From an uncultured Eubacteriales bacterium (lineage in GTDB: Bacteria > Bacillota > Clostridia > Oscillospirales > CAG-272), in assembly GCA_900546695.1 (NCBI GenBank), contig URDX01000001.1, positions 96,614 to 160,613 of the forward strand: a DNA stretch of 64,000 nucleotides, given 5' to 3'. Below are positions 1-8,694 of the stretch, in pieces. The stretch's first letter is position 1, and every line of letters starts with the position of its first letter. The notes under the pieces are model-generated. The model had not been told where the DNA came from. It was given only the letters and a program-made list of their open reading frames with translations, and ran no database searches. A program made the translations under genes and the position numbers.

Positions 1-1079
1 GATTCTTCGGAATCACCGAACAGATCCGCACCGCTCTCCTTCATATCGGCATCGCCGCGCTCAGCCTCATCATGCGTCTGCTCATCGGCAGTACCGACAT
101 AGTGCGGCTCGGTCTTAAAGCCGCGTGTACCGCAGACCTCATCGTCTGCGCCGCAGTACTCACCGTCTGAGCCGTCAACGGCGGCAGCCTCCTTCAAATC
201 GGAGAACGCATCGCCCGCCAGCTCCTCGAGCACCGATATACGGTCGCGCAGCTTAGCAAGCTCCTGATCCATCGGGTCGGGGATATTGACCTGATCGAGG
301 TCCGAGCCGACCTCAACACGAACGCCCTCGCGGCGAACAACGCGGGCGGGAATACCGACGGCGGTCGAGTCGGACGGCACCTCATCGAGCACGACTGCAC
401 CGGCCGCTATCTTGGAATTATCACCGATGGAGAACGGTCCGAGCACCTTAGCGCCCGCGCCGACCATTACGTTATTACCGAGGGTAGGATGGCGCTTGCC
501 TGTATGCTTGCCCGTACCGCCGAGCGTAACGCCCTGATACAGCGTGCAGTTATCGCCTATCTGAGCGGTCTCGCCGATAACGACCCCCGAGCCGTGATCT
601 ATAAACAGCCCCTTGCCTATCGTTGCGCCGGGATGTATCTCTATTCCCGTAAGAAAACGCGCGGTCTGGCTGATAAGGCGCGCGGAGAACGGATGTCCGC
701 CCTCGTTCAATCGGTGCGCAACGCGGTAAGCCGCAACGGCATGCAGACCCGAGTACAGCAGCAGTACCTCTGCCCTGCTGCGCGCAGCGGGGTCACGCTC
801 CATGACCGAGTCAACGTCCGAATGCAGCTCCTTTGCCATCTCCCGAGTACCCGCGACTGCGGCAGCCGTACCCTCGCAGAGCTTCTTTGCGCCCTTGCAT
901 GCGAGCTTTGCCGCCGTTTTCGGAACGCTGCACTTCTTTCCTTCATCCTCCGAGAGCAGGCGCTCTACCGAGCTGCGTGCCGCTCCGATATATTTGCGCG
1001 CGCAGCCTCTCGCTGCCGTGCCGAGCTCGCTGTTCTTTATCTCATCGAGCTTCTTCCCTATTTTGTTTATATAATCCAT
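1..1079 (-). CDS. cysE: Serine O-acetyltransferase, 3'-partial (C-terminal end runs off the left window edge)
   Basis: Absent from the ORF track because no stop lies inside the window. The reverse complement is open from ATG 1079..1077 (GGAG 8 nt upstream) to position 1. It reads ...MERDPAARSRAEVLLLYSGLHAVAAYRVAHRL...GIEIHPGATIGKGLFIDHGSGVVIGETAQIGDNCTLYQGVTLGGTGK..HPTLGNNVMVGAGAKVLGPFSIGDNSKIAAGAVV, i.e. the SAT N-terminal motif plus hexapeptide beta-helix repeats. Alternative internal start at ATG 839. Confidence 0.85.
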   Translation of the reverse strand, partial: MDYINKIGKKLDEIKNSELGTAARGCARKYIGAARSSVERLLSEDEGKKCSVPKTAAKLACKGAKKLCEGTAAAVAGTREMAKELHSDVDSVMERDPAARSRAEVLLLYSGLHAVAAYRVAHRLNEGGHPFSARLISQTARFLTGIEIHPGATIGKGLFIDHGSGVVIGETAQIGDNCTLYQGVTLGGTGKHTGKRHPTLGNNVMVGAGAKVLGPFSIGDNSKIAAGAVVLDEVPSDSTAVGIPARVVRREGVRVEVGSDLDQVNIPDPMDQELAKLRDRISVLEELAGDAFSDLKEAAAVDGSDGEYCGADDEVCGTRGFKTEPHYVGTADEQTHDEAERGDADMKESGADLFGDSEE

Positions 1080-1309
1080 ATTAACCGCTCCTCTTCTCCG
1101 ACGTATCGGAATGATTGGGATGCTCAGACGGGTACATAGCTACCCGTATATCATATTATATCCGTTTTGAAATCGCTTGTAAATAGTTTTTGGTGATTAT
1201 TTATTGACTTTTTTGTGCGGATATATTATAATGAATACGGTGAACACCGAGCGAAAACGCCCTCTCGGCTGTCCCGTCGGCGGCAGCCCGCGGGAGGAAA
1301 GGATAAGTA

Positions 1310-2857
1310 ATGCTCAAAAATTTGTGCGGTCGTCCCGCAAGGATGCTCCTTGTATATCCGGACTATACCGACCGCGACAGCACAAGAAAGATCAGCGGCG
1401 GAAACTACAGCGAGGGACTTGCATCCATCTCCGCAGTGCTGAAGCAGGGCGGACATGACGTTAAGCTGCTGCACCTGCTCAACCTCCATACCGAGGAGGC
1501 TTTTAAGCGCAGACTGCGCGAGGCGGGCGAGTTCGACATCGTCGGCTTCTCGATACGTACCACTGCATTTCCCGATTGTATAGAGTATATAAAGTGGACA
1601 AAGGAGCTCTGCCCCGATGTTTTCGTCATCTGCGGCAGCTACCATCCCACGCTCGTGCCGGATGAGGTCCTTGCGGTAGACGGCGTTGACTGCGTATGCG
1701 TCGGCGACGGCGAGTATGCGGAGCTTGAGCTCTGCGACAAGATGCGCGACGGCGAGGATTATACAAACGTTGAGAGCCTGTATTTCAAGCTCGACGACGG
1801 CAGCTTTAAGCACAATCCCATCCGCCCGCTGTTCTCCGACCTCGACAGACTTCCCATCCCCGACTTTGAGCTGTTCGATTACGACAATCTCGAATCGTCA
1901 AAGGTCGGCACCGCGATAGTCATCGTCAGCCGCGGCTGCTTTTACAACTGCACCTACTGCGGAAACGGAAACTTCCGTAAGGTCTATCCTAATAAGAAGA
2001 TCTACGCGCGCTTCCGTTCGCCCGAGAATGCGATTCTTTATCTGAAAACGCTGCTCTCGCGCCATCCGCAGATTAAGTTCATAAACTTCCGCGATGCGAT
2101 ATTCAATATGTTCCCCGACTGGTTCGACCGCTTTATCGATATGTATAAAGAGGAAATAGGTCTGCCCTGCACGGGAAACATCCGCTTCGACATTCTCACC
2201 GAGGAAACGGTAAAGAGAATGAAGGAAGCAGGCTTCTACACCATCGACATGGGTCTCGAGAGCGGAGATCAGGAGATGCGATTCAAATATCTGCGCCGCT
2301 ATCAGACCGATGAGATGATAATAAACTGCTCGAACTGGTTCCATAAATACGGCATAGCTCAGCTCACCTACAACATCATCGGATTGCCGTACGAGGACAT
2401 TCACCGCGCGCTCAAGACCATAAAGCTCAACGCAAAGATAAAAAGCGACCGCACGATACCGAACATCTTCTACCCCTACGAGGGTACGCCGCTGTACGAG
2501 ATATCGAAGCAGGCGGGCTTTATCCCAGAGGGCGACTTTACAAAGCGCAGAGTGCCGCTGATACAGCCGCAGTTTCCCGAGGAGCAGGTGCTGTTCATCG
2601 AGGCTTATTTCATGCACTTTGTCCGCCGCTATAAGCTCGCATATCGGCTTCCGAGCGGCATAGGGCGCGTTTATGAGCGCTGGCTCGACCATCGCGTAAC
2701 GGGACGGCAGGTGCCGTATAAGGCGCTCGTTGCGATACACGATGTCTACGCAAATGCAAGAAACTCGCTCAAGGATTTCCTTGTAAACCATCTGCCGAAG
2801 CTTTATATGAAGCTGCGCATGCTCAAGCATCGCAAGAAGGCGGAAAAGGCGGACTGA
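1310..2857 (+). CDS. B12-binding domain-containing radical SAM protein (class B rSAM, substrate unknown)
   Basis: 515-aa ORF. N-terminal cobalamin-binding-like Rossmann region (LLVYPDYTD..GLASISAVLKQGGHDVKLLHL..FVICGSYHPT) followed by the CxxxCxxC cluster motif (SRGCFYNCTYCGN). Purine-rich RBS GGGAGGAAAGGA just upstream of ATG 1310. TTGACT/TATAAT-like promoter near 1205-1235. Confidence 0.85.
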   Translation: MLKNLCGRPARMLLVYPDYTDRDSTRKISGGNYSEGLASISAVLKQGGHDVKLLHLLNLHTEEAFKRRLREAGEFDIVGFSIRTTAFPDCIEYIKWTKELCPDVFVICGSYHPTLVPDEVLAVDGVDCVCVGDGEYAELELCDKMRDGEDYTNVESLYFKLDDGSFKHNPIRPLFSDLDRLPIPDFELFDYDNLESSKVGTAIVIVSRGCFYNCTYCGNGNFRKVYPNKKIYARFRSPENAILYLKTLLSRHPQIKFINFRDAIFNMFPDWFDRFIDMYKEEIGLPCTGNIRFDILTEETVKRMKEAGFYTIDMGLESGDQEMRFKYLRRYQTDEMIINCSNWFHKYGIAQLTYNIIGLPYEDIHRALKTIKLNAKIKSDRTIPNIFYPYEGTPLYEISKQAGFIPEGDFTKRRVPLIQPQFPEEQVLFIEAYFMHFVRRYKLAYRLPSGIGRVYERWLDHRVTGRQVPYKALVAIHDVYANARNSLKDFLVNHLPKLYMKLRMLKHRKKAEKAD

Positions 2858-2975
2858 GTCCTGAGAGCTTTTGTCGATATTACGGCTGAGTGATATTTTC
2901 CGCACGGAATAGAATTATCCCGTGCGGTAAAGAATAGATATGATAAAGGAGTCCGCCCGTGCGCGGTAAAGAATC

Positions 2976-3149
2976 ATGGCATATAAGATAGACCAAAGCA
3001 AATGCATCGCCTGCGGCACATGCGACGTTGAGTGCCCACGGGGCGCGGTACTCATCAGCGAGATGGGTAAGTTCAGCATCGACGAGGAAAAATGCGTCGG
3101 CTGCGGAATATGCGCATCCGTCTGCCCTGTCGACGCGGCAGGAAAGTAA
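2976..3149 (+). CDS. 2x[4Fe-4S] ferredoxin (57 aa)
   Basis: Below the ORF-track size cutoff. ATG 2976 to TAA 3147..3149 translates to MAYKIDQSKCIACGTCDVECPRGAVLISEMGKFSIDEEKCVGCGICASVCPVDAAGK. This contains two canonical CxxCxxCxxxCP cluster motifs. Confidence 0.8.
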   Translation: MAYKIDQSKCIACGTCDVECPRGAVLISEMGKFSIDEEKCVGCGICASVCPVDAAGK

Positions 3150-3169
3150 CCCCGAAAGGAGACACTGTT

Positions 3170-3496
3170 ATGGAAGAGAACAATGTAAAGGATGAAGAAC
3201 TCGACGCTGTCGAGAACGAGAATGAGGAAGAGGTCGAGGTGTATACCCTGACCGATGAGGACGGCAACGAGGGTCAGTTTGAGCTCGCAGCGGTCCGTGA
3301 GCTCGACGGCAGCAGATACTACGCGCTTATCCCCATGGACGGCGAGGAGGGAGACTACTACGTCGTTCTTAAGGAGGAGCAGGAGGACGGCGAGACTATT
3401 CTCGCTACGATAGACGACGATGCGGAGTTTGACCGTATCGCAGCCGTTTTCGATAACGAGCTTTTCGGCGAGATAGACTACGACGCCGAGGGCTGA
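3170..3496 (+). CDS. DUF1292 family protein (acidic small protein)
   Basis: The ORF-track entry 3092..3496 overlaps the ferredoxin. The likely start is ATG 3170, preceded by AAAGGAG (3155-3161). Sequence ...VYTLTDEDGNEGQFELAAVRELDGSRYYALIPMDGEEGDYYVVLKEE..ILATIDDDAEFDRIAAVFDNELF matches the DUF1292 pattern as I remember it. Confidence 0.7.
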   Translation: MEENNVKDEELDAVENENEEEVEVYTLTDEDGNEGQFELAAVRELDGSRYYALIPMDGEEGDYYVVLKEEQEDGETILATIDDDAEFDRIAAVFDNELFGEIDYDAEG

Positions 3497-3817
3497 TGTC
3501 CTCGTCTGAGTACAACTGAATAATACAGCACATGTACGTGCGAAAAAAGGCTTTTCCTGCCTCGTGCGTGATGCGTCGGTTAATTAAACCCACAACTATT
3601 AAAAGGAGTCCGAGTCGGACGGGGGGAATGCAGACCTCCCTCTCTGCCCTGCGATTGACGAATTATATGTCCGTCACCACGGCAGAACAGGATGCTGGGA
3701 GCACAAAGCCGCCCGGGAGGACACCTACCTTGCTGCGGCAGGGTTTTTAATTGCCTGCGCACACGGCGATGCGGGGCTTTTTTTATTTTTTCGGGCATGC
3801 AGAAGCATCGGGTACAT

Positions 3818-3846
3818 GAATATTTCACACCGCGAGCGCATACCAT
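3818..3846 (+). promoter_or_regulatory. Candidate sigma-E-type (mother-cell sporulation) promoter
   Basis: GAATATT (3818-3824), a 14-nt spacer, then CATACCAT (3839-3846). This fits the Bacillus/Clostridium sigma-E consensus (kmATATT ... CATACAmT). It lies about 50 nt upstream of the DUF3794-LysM gene. Confidence 0.45.
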
Positions 3847-3897
3847 TGCCGTGAGCAGAAAAGACGGCGGCAGTGCCGCGCATTACGGAGGTATGGT

Positions 3898-5574
3898 ATG
3901 GATAACAATACGGAAGATATTCGCCGCGAGGCAGAGCCCGAGCGGAACACAAGACAGCGTGACACGGCAAAGGCGGAGCGGGTAAGCGTTCCGCTCGGAA
4001 CGGGATGCGGCAGTCATACCGTCACGGGCAGGCATTTCCGCGACGGTGCGGAGAACAGCGCCGAGATAACGCTACCCGACTACTGCGGCGACGCGGAGCG
4101 GCTGATGTTCGTCCGCGCGGTGCCGCGGATAGACGAGGCCTATGCGGACAGCGAAGGGATAAAATACAACGGCTCGATAAAATACACGGCGATCTTTCTG
4201 ACCGACGGGGGCGAGCTGCGCAGCATAACGACCGACGTACCGCTGAGCGGCAGTGCCGACTGCCCGCGAGAGGGCGACGGCGAGGTCTGCATCGGCGCAT
4301 TGCCGCTCTGCGCAGCCGCATCGGGTCGACTGACGAGCCCTAAAGCCATAAGCGTAAAGTGCACCGTCTCGACCGATATTCTGCTGACCGAGCGCGACTC
4401 GGTAGAACCGACCGTGCGCAGCAGCACCGAGGCGCTGACCGACGGGCTGACGCTGCAAAAGCGCACCGACAGCATTGAATCGCTCTGCATACAGTCGTTT
4501 ACCGAGAGCGGGATACGCGGCAGCGAGGATATCGAGCTTGAGGGCGGCATGCCGCCGATAGAGGAGCTTATCTGCTGCTCGGTGCGCATCTGCCCCGACG
4601 AATGCAAGCTCAGCGGCAGCGAGATAACCCTGCGCAGCAATGCACAGGTAAACATTCTCTGCCGCGGCGAGGGCGGCACCGTCATGTCGATCCAGAAACG
4701 CATCCCGATAACCGAGGTTTTCGACGCGCCGGAATGTATCGAGGGCAGGACAGATGTCAGCTGCTTTCCGATACTCTCACTCGAGAGCGTCACGGCAGAG
4801 CCGTCCGACAACAGCTTCGGCGAGCGCCGCATAATAGAGCTCGATTACACCTATTCGGCGACGGTATTCTGCTTCTACTCCTGCACGGCAGCCATCGCGC
4901 GCGATGCCTACTCTACCGAGTTTATGACTGCGCCCGAGCTGATAACACGGGACACACTGCGCTTTTCCGAGCTTAAGAACGGAAGCGTTTCGATAGGCGC
5001 ATCCTCCCCAATTCCGAACTATACGGAGGGGCAGCGCCCCGAGGTGCTGTATGCGGATGCCTCGGTATGCGAGCTCACGGCACAGCTTGACCCCGAGCGT
5101 GGAAAGCTTGAGCTCGGCGGCAAGACTTGCGTGTATGTGCTGCTGAGCGGCGAAAAGCACCCGACGGCTATGACCTTCGACACGCCTATAAAGGCGGAGC
5201 TTGACGGTTACGGGCTCGACGGCAGGATCGAGATACTTGCCTGCGCATCGCCGCGCGGGGTCCGCGCACGGGTAGACGGCAGCTCGGTACATGCGGATTT
5301 TGAACTCGATTATTCGCTTGCGGTTTTCTCGCGCCGCGAGGAGGAGATGATAGCGTCTCTCACCGTCGATGAGACGAAGCCCTGCATCCCCGCCGACCGT
5401 CCTCCGATGATGCTGTATTACCCCAAAAAAGGCGAGAGTCTGTGGGATATCGCAAAGCGCTACGGCACAACGGTCGCCGACATCCGCACGGCATGCGGTA
5501 TCCAGGGCGACACGATAGACGGTCAGCACGTTATCATGCTGCCGCGAAAGAAAAAGCAAACAGCAAAGGCATAA
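3898..5574 (+). CDS. DUF3794/SPOCS-type protein with C-terminal LysM domain (SpoVID/SipL-like spore-coat morphogenetic protein candidate)
   Basis: 558-aa ORF with GGAGG 6 nt upstream of ATG 3898. The C-terminal LysM motif is YYPKKGESLWDIAKRYGTTVADIRTACGIQGDTIDGQHVIMLP. The body has the repetitive beta-rich pattern typical of DUF3794 proteins in Clostridia. Confidence 0.65.
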   Translation: MDNNTEDIRREAEPERNTRQRDTAKAERVSVPLGTGCGSHTVTGRHFRDGAENSAEITLPDYCGDAERLMFVRAVPRIDEAYADSEGIKYNGSIKYTAIFLTDGGELRSITTDVPLSGSADCPREGDGEVCIGALPLCAAASGRLTSPKAISVKCTVSTDILLTERDSVEPTVRSSTEALTDGLTLQKRTDSIESLCIQSFTESGIRGSEDIELEGGMPPIEELICCSVRICPDECKLSGSEITLRSNAQVNILCRGEGGTVMSIQKRIPITEVFDAPECIEGRTDVSCFPILSLESVTAEPSDNSFGERRIIELDYTYSATVFCFYSCTAAIARDAYSTEFMTAPELITRDTLRFSELKNGSVSIGASSPIPNYTEGQRPEVLYADASVCELTAQLDPERGKLELGGKTCVYVLLSGEKHPTAMTFDTPIKAELDGYGLDGRIEILACASPRGVRARVDGSSVHADFELDYSLAVFSRREEEMIASLTVDETKPCIPADRPPMMLYYPKKGESLWDIAKRYGTTVADIRTACGIQGDTIDGQHVIMLPRKKKQTAKA

Positions 5575-5699
5575 GCACACAAAACGCAAGGCGCACATAG
5601 TACGCAGCAAAAACGCAGAGCAAAAGCGAACTGCCGAATCATCAATCAATCGAATCATCAGACATCCGAATCAAACCGATTGACACAATTCCGACAAAA

Positions 5700-5736
5700 G
5701 GGATGCGACGGGCACAACCGTCACATCCCTTTTTTA
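5700..5736 (+). terminator. Rho-independent terminator after the LysM gene
   Basis: Hairpin GGGATGCGACGG / CCGTCACATCCC (one mismatch) followed by TTTTTTATT. Confidence 0.7.
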
Positions 5737-5869
5737 TTATACGAAAGTCAACACTTTCCGTCACGCCGCGGCGCGCCGCGACAGCCCTCAACACACAGCT
5801 GCATCACACCGATAACCTGCTCTGCGGGATAGCTGCAGCCACCCTCTATCCGGTCCATAATTACAGCCG

Positions 5870-6814
5870 TCAGCCCGCAGCACAAATTTCACGCCATCCG
5901 CGAAGAATTCCGTCGCCGACCGCACTCATAAGCTCGGAGCGATTTTCTTCGGCAAGCAGATATGCGGCATCCGACGCATTAGACGCAAAGCCCGTCTCTA
6001 TCAGCACGGCCGGCAGACGTGTTATCTTCGTCACGATGAACGCCTCATCCCACGAATCCTCCCAGCTGTCTATGCCCGTATCGGGGAGATTGTCGGCTAT
6101 CGAGGCGATTATGCCGTTAAAGTACGCGCGGGACTCGGCCGCATCATCGCCCTCGGCATAATAGTCTATTTCAAAGCCCGATCGCTCGGGAGAGTTCTCC
6201 ATCGCGTTGACATGTATCGAGAGGAAAAAGTCTATCTCCTGCTCTGCGGCAAGGCAGTTTGCGTAAATCGAACGCTCATAAGCGTTGAATATGTTGTTGT
6301 CGTTCATCTTCTCGTATTCGTATTCAACACCGAGCCGCTTTGCCTCTGCGGTCAGCTCCGCCACCGACGGAAAGCTCTTGCCCTCATGGGTATACAGCAC
6401 CGTGCAGCCGCGCTCGGTAAGGAGTGCGCCGAGCTTCTTTGCCATATCGAGCGTCAAATCCTTCTCCCATGTTTCGCCGAGAAATTCCGAGCCGCAGCCG
6501 ACATCGTCAAAGCCGTGACCTGGGTCTATCAAAACCGTAGGCATACGCTCGAGCTCAGCCGCAGCGGTTACTGCATAGGTCTCGGTCTCACCCCCGTCCG
6601 TTTCAACCGTCTCGGGTGCTGTCGTTTCCGATGCGTCGGTCTGCGCAGTCGTTTCCGCCGTGCTATCATCCGCCGCAGAGCATCCGAGTCCGGGCAGCAG
6701 CCGATAAGCAGCCACAACCGAAGCGGAGACCAATATCACCGAAAATATGGCGATAACAAGCGCTGTTATTATTCTGCGAAAAATCTTCTGCTCACGTGAT
6801 TTCTTCTTACTCAT
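5870..6814 (-). CDS. N-acetylmuramoyl-L-alanine amidase (Amidase_3 type), membrane anchored
   Basis: N-terminal TM segment (IITALVIAIFSVILVSASVVAAY). Amidase_3 motifs VLIDPGHGFDDVG, FLSIHVNA and AVLIETGFASN. The ORF track starts at TTG 6826; ATG 6814 (MSKKKS...) is the more conventional start. Confidence 0.85.
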   Translation of the reverse strand: MSKKKSREQKIFRRIITALVIAIFSVILVSASVVAAYRLLPGLGCSAADDSTAETTAQTDASETTAPETVETDGGETETYAVTAAAELERMPTVLIDPGHGFDDVGCGSEFLGETWEKDLTLDMAKKLGALLTERGCTVLYTHEGKSFPSVAELTAEAKRLGVEYEYEKMNDNNIFNAYERSIYANCLAAEQEIDFFLSIHVNAMENSPERSGFEIDYYAEGDDAAESRAYFNGIIASIADNLPDTGIDSWEDSWDEAFIVTKITRLPAVLIETGFASNASDAAYLLAEENRSELMSAVGDGILRGWREICAAG

Positions 6815-6848
6815 CCTTTGTTCCAACCGTTAATTTATATGTTGATGC

Positions 6849-7745
6849 TCACTGCGCGGCTTCGCCCGTACAAATGCTCACGGTAAAGCTCGTCGTATAG
6901 TGTCCGCCCGCCTCGAAACGCAGCATATCCCGCTTTGTCTCAAGGTCGTCGAGCTCGCCGTCATACGACGGACAGCTCGTCCACGGCTCTATGCAGACGT
7001 ACGGAGCTTCGGTGTGCGGCAGATGCCAGAAGCCGATATATTTCATGTCGGGATAGTCGACCCGTACGCTCTTTTTCCCGCCCGCGGTCAACGTCACGCT
7101 CCCGCACGTATCGTACAGGAATATCGCATCATTATCAAAGAGCGAGTGACTGAGCGGGAGCACCCTGCCGTCCGAAAGCGGATATGTACGCTCCTCGCGC
7201 AGCACGTAGCATCGCTCACTCTGTACGAGCTCATGCACCGTCTCGCGCGGCTCTGCAAATTCAAGACGGTAATCCGAAAAGCTCCTGCCGTCCTCGAGCG
7301 GCAGATTAAAGCCGGGGTGCCCGCCGAGCGCGAAAATCATCTCACTCTCGCCGAGATTGTCGACCTCATAAACCGTTCTGAGCGAGCTGCCGTTAAGAAT
7401 ATATCTCACGCGCAGACGAAAATCAAAGGGATAGCTCTTCTTTGTCTCGGCATTCGCCGTAAGCTCAAAGCATATCTCACCGTCTCCGCGCCCGATGCAC
7501 GAAAATACCGCATCGCGCGCAAAGCCGTGCAGGCAGATATCGTATGAGCTGCCCTTGTAGATATAGCGCCCGTCGGTTATCCGTCCGCATATCGGAAACA
7601 GATTGTATGCTCTGCCCGACCAGTATTGCGGATCGCCCTGCCAGAGATATTCAAAGCCGTCGTTTTTGCCCTTTATCGAATAAAGCTCCGCGCCGACGTC
7701 GTTTATTTCAATCACGAGTATGTCATTTTCAAGAGAATATAGCAT
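6849..7745 (-). CDS. Aldose 1-epimerase family protein
   Basis: 298 aa. LENDILVIEINDVGAELYSIK..FEYLWQGDPQYWSGRAYNLFPICGRI...GGHPGFNLP matches the mutarotase-like superfamily pattern. Confidence 0.8.
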   Translation of the reverse strand: MLYSLENDILVIEINDVGAELYSIKGKNDGFEYLWQGDPQYWSGRAYNLFPICGRITDGRYIYKGSSYDICLHGFARDAVFSCIGRGDGEICFELTANAETKKSYPFDFRLRVRYILNGSSLRTVYEVDNLGESEMIFALGGHPGFNLPLEDGRSFSDYRLEFAEPRETVHELVQSERCYVLREERTYPLSDGRVLPLSHSLFDNDAIFLYDTCGSVTLTAGGKKSVRVDYPDMKYIGFWHLPHTEAPYVCIEPWTSCPSYDGELDDLETKRDMLRFEAGGHYTTSFTVSICTGEAAQ

Positions 7746-7964
7746 AGAATCCTCCGTTTTTCGGCATTGCGCCGTAATTTATCATGAAAAATTATATCAT
7801 ATAGGAGAAAAATATGCAATATCCGTTCGGAATTTGTCCGCATGAATATTTTCCCGTAATCCCGACAAAATGCGCCGCGAGACCGATGAATAAATTTTTT
7901 TGACTTTTTTTGCAAAATATATTGACAAAATTCGCCCGCAGTGATAAAATTTCGGAGGTAAAAA

Positions 7965-8095
7965 ACGAGTCTTTAAGATCGGTACAGAGAGACCGACAAG
8001 ATCCGATGAATACGCGCGCCGGGCTTATGCCGGCAAAACGGATCTTGCGATGCTCTCTGCCGCAGGGTTCTTTTCTTTTTTCAAGGCGGAATTTC
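7965..8095 (+). promoter_or_regulatory. PyrR-binding attenuator leader
   Basis: GGTACAGAGAGACCG (7981-7995) resembles the PyrR-binding loop consensus (..CCAGAGAGG..). CAGAGAGACCGACAAGATCCG can alternatively pair with CGGATCTTGCGATGCTCTCTG downstream, followed by a U-rich tract (TTCTTTTCTTTTTT). The site is directly upstream of pyrR. A TTGACA ... TGATAAAAT promoter lies at about 7921-7950. Confidence 0.6.
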
Positions 8096-8106
8096 GGAGG
8101 TGCCTT

Positions 8107-8643
8107 ATGCAGCTGAAAGCACGTATCATGGACGGCGAAACGCTCTGCCGCACCGTCCGCAGAATCTCATTCGAGATAGTCGAAAAGAATAAGGGCACGG
8201 ATGACCTCTGCATCATCGGAGTACGCCGCCGAGGCGAACGACTCGCCGAGATGATAGCGGAAAATATCTGCCGCTCGGAGGGCGTTACGGTGCCGTGCGG
8301 TGCGCTCGACATCAAGTATTACCGCGACGATCTCACGCGGCAGTACGAGAGCCCCGTCATCTCGACATTGGAGCTCGGCTTCGACATCGTCGATAAAAAC
8401 GTCGTGCTCGTAGACGATGTGCTCTACACGGGCAGAACGGTCCGCGCCGCGATAGACGCGATATTCTCGCTCGGCAGACCCCGCGCAATCAGACTCGCCA
8501 TTCTCATCGACCGCGGTCACAGGGAACTCCCCTTCCGCGCGGATTATATAGGAAAGAGCATCCCAACCGCACAGAGCGAGCGCGTATCGGTGCTCGTGCC
8601 GCCGTACGACGATACCATGGGTGTCGATCTGTACGGAGAATAA
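8107..8643 (+). CDS. pyrR: Bifunctional pyrimidine operon regulator / uracil phosphoribosyltransferase PyrR
   Basis: MQLKARIMDGETLCRTVRRISFEIVEKN...VVLVDDVLYTGRTVRAAIDAI..GRPRAIRLAILIDRGHRELPFRADYIGK carries the PRTase PRPP-binding motif and the PyrR signature. GGAGG 6 nt upstream of ATG 8107; the ORF-track start at 8050 is over-extended. Confidence 0.9.
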   Translation: MQLKARIMDGETLCRTVRRISFEIVEKNKGTDDLCIIGVRRRGERLAEMIAENICRSEGVTVPCGALDIKYYRDDLTRQYESPVISTLELGFDIVDKNVVLVDDVLYTGRTVRAAIDAIFSLGRPRAIRLAILIDRGHRELPFRADYIGKSIPTAQSERVSVLVPPYDDTMGVDLYGE

Positions 8644-8694
8644 GTATATAAATACGAAAGTATTTACATAAATATATTATCGGAGGATCTTAAG

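Noticed and set aside
489-1139. 216-aa plus-strand ORF and overlapping small ORFs at the left edge
   Set aside because: They are antisense to or out of frame with the clear cysE reading frame on the minus strand.
3092-3169. N-terminal extensions proposed by the ORF track (DUF1292 at 3092; similarly pyrR 8050, MarR 43043, alaS 28244, protein B 18734, membrane protein 63183, DUF4340 53805)
   Set aside because: The extensions overlap upstream genes or lack an RBS. Internal ATG or GTG codons with proper Shine-Dalgarno spacing give N-termini that match the family consensus.
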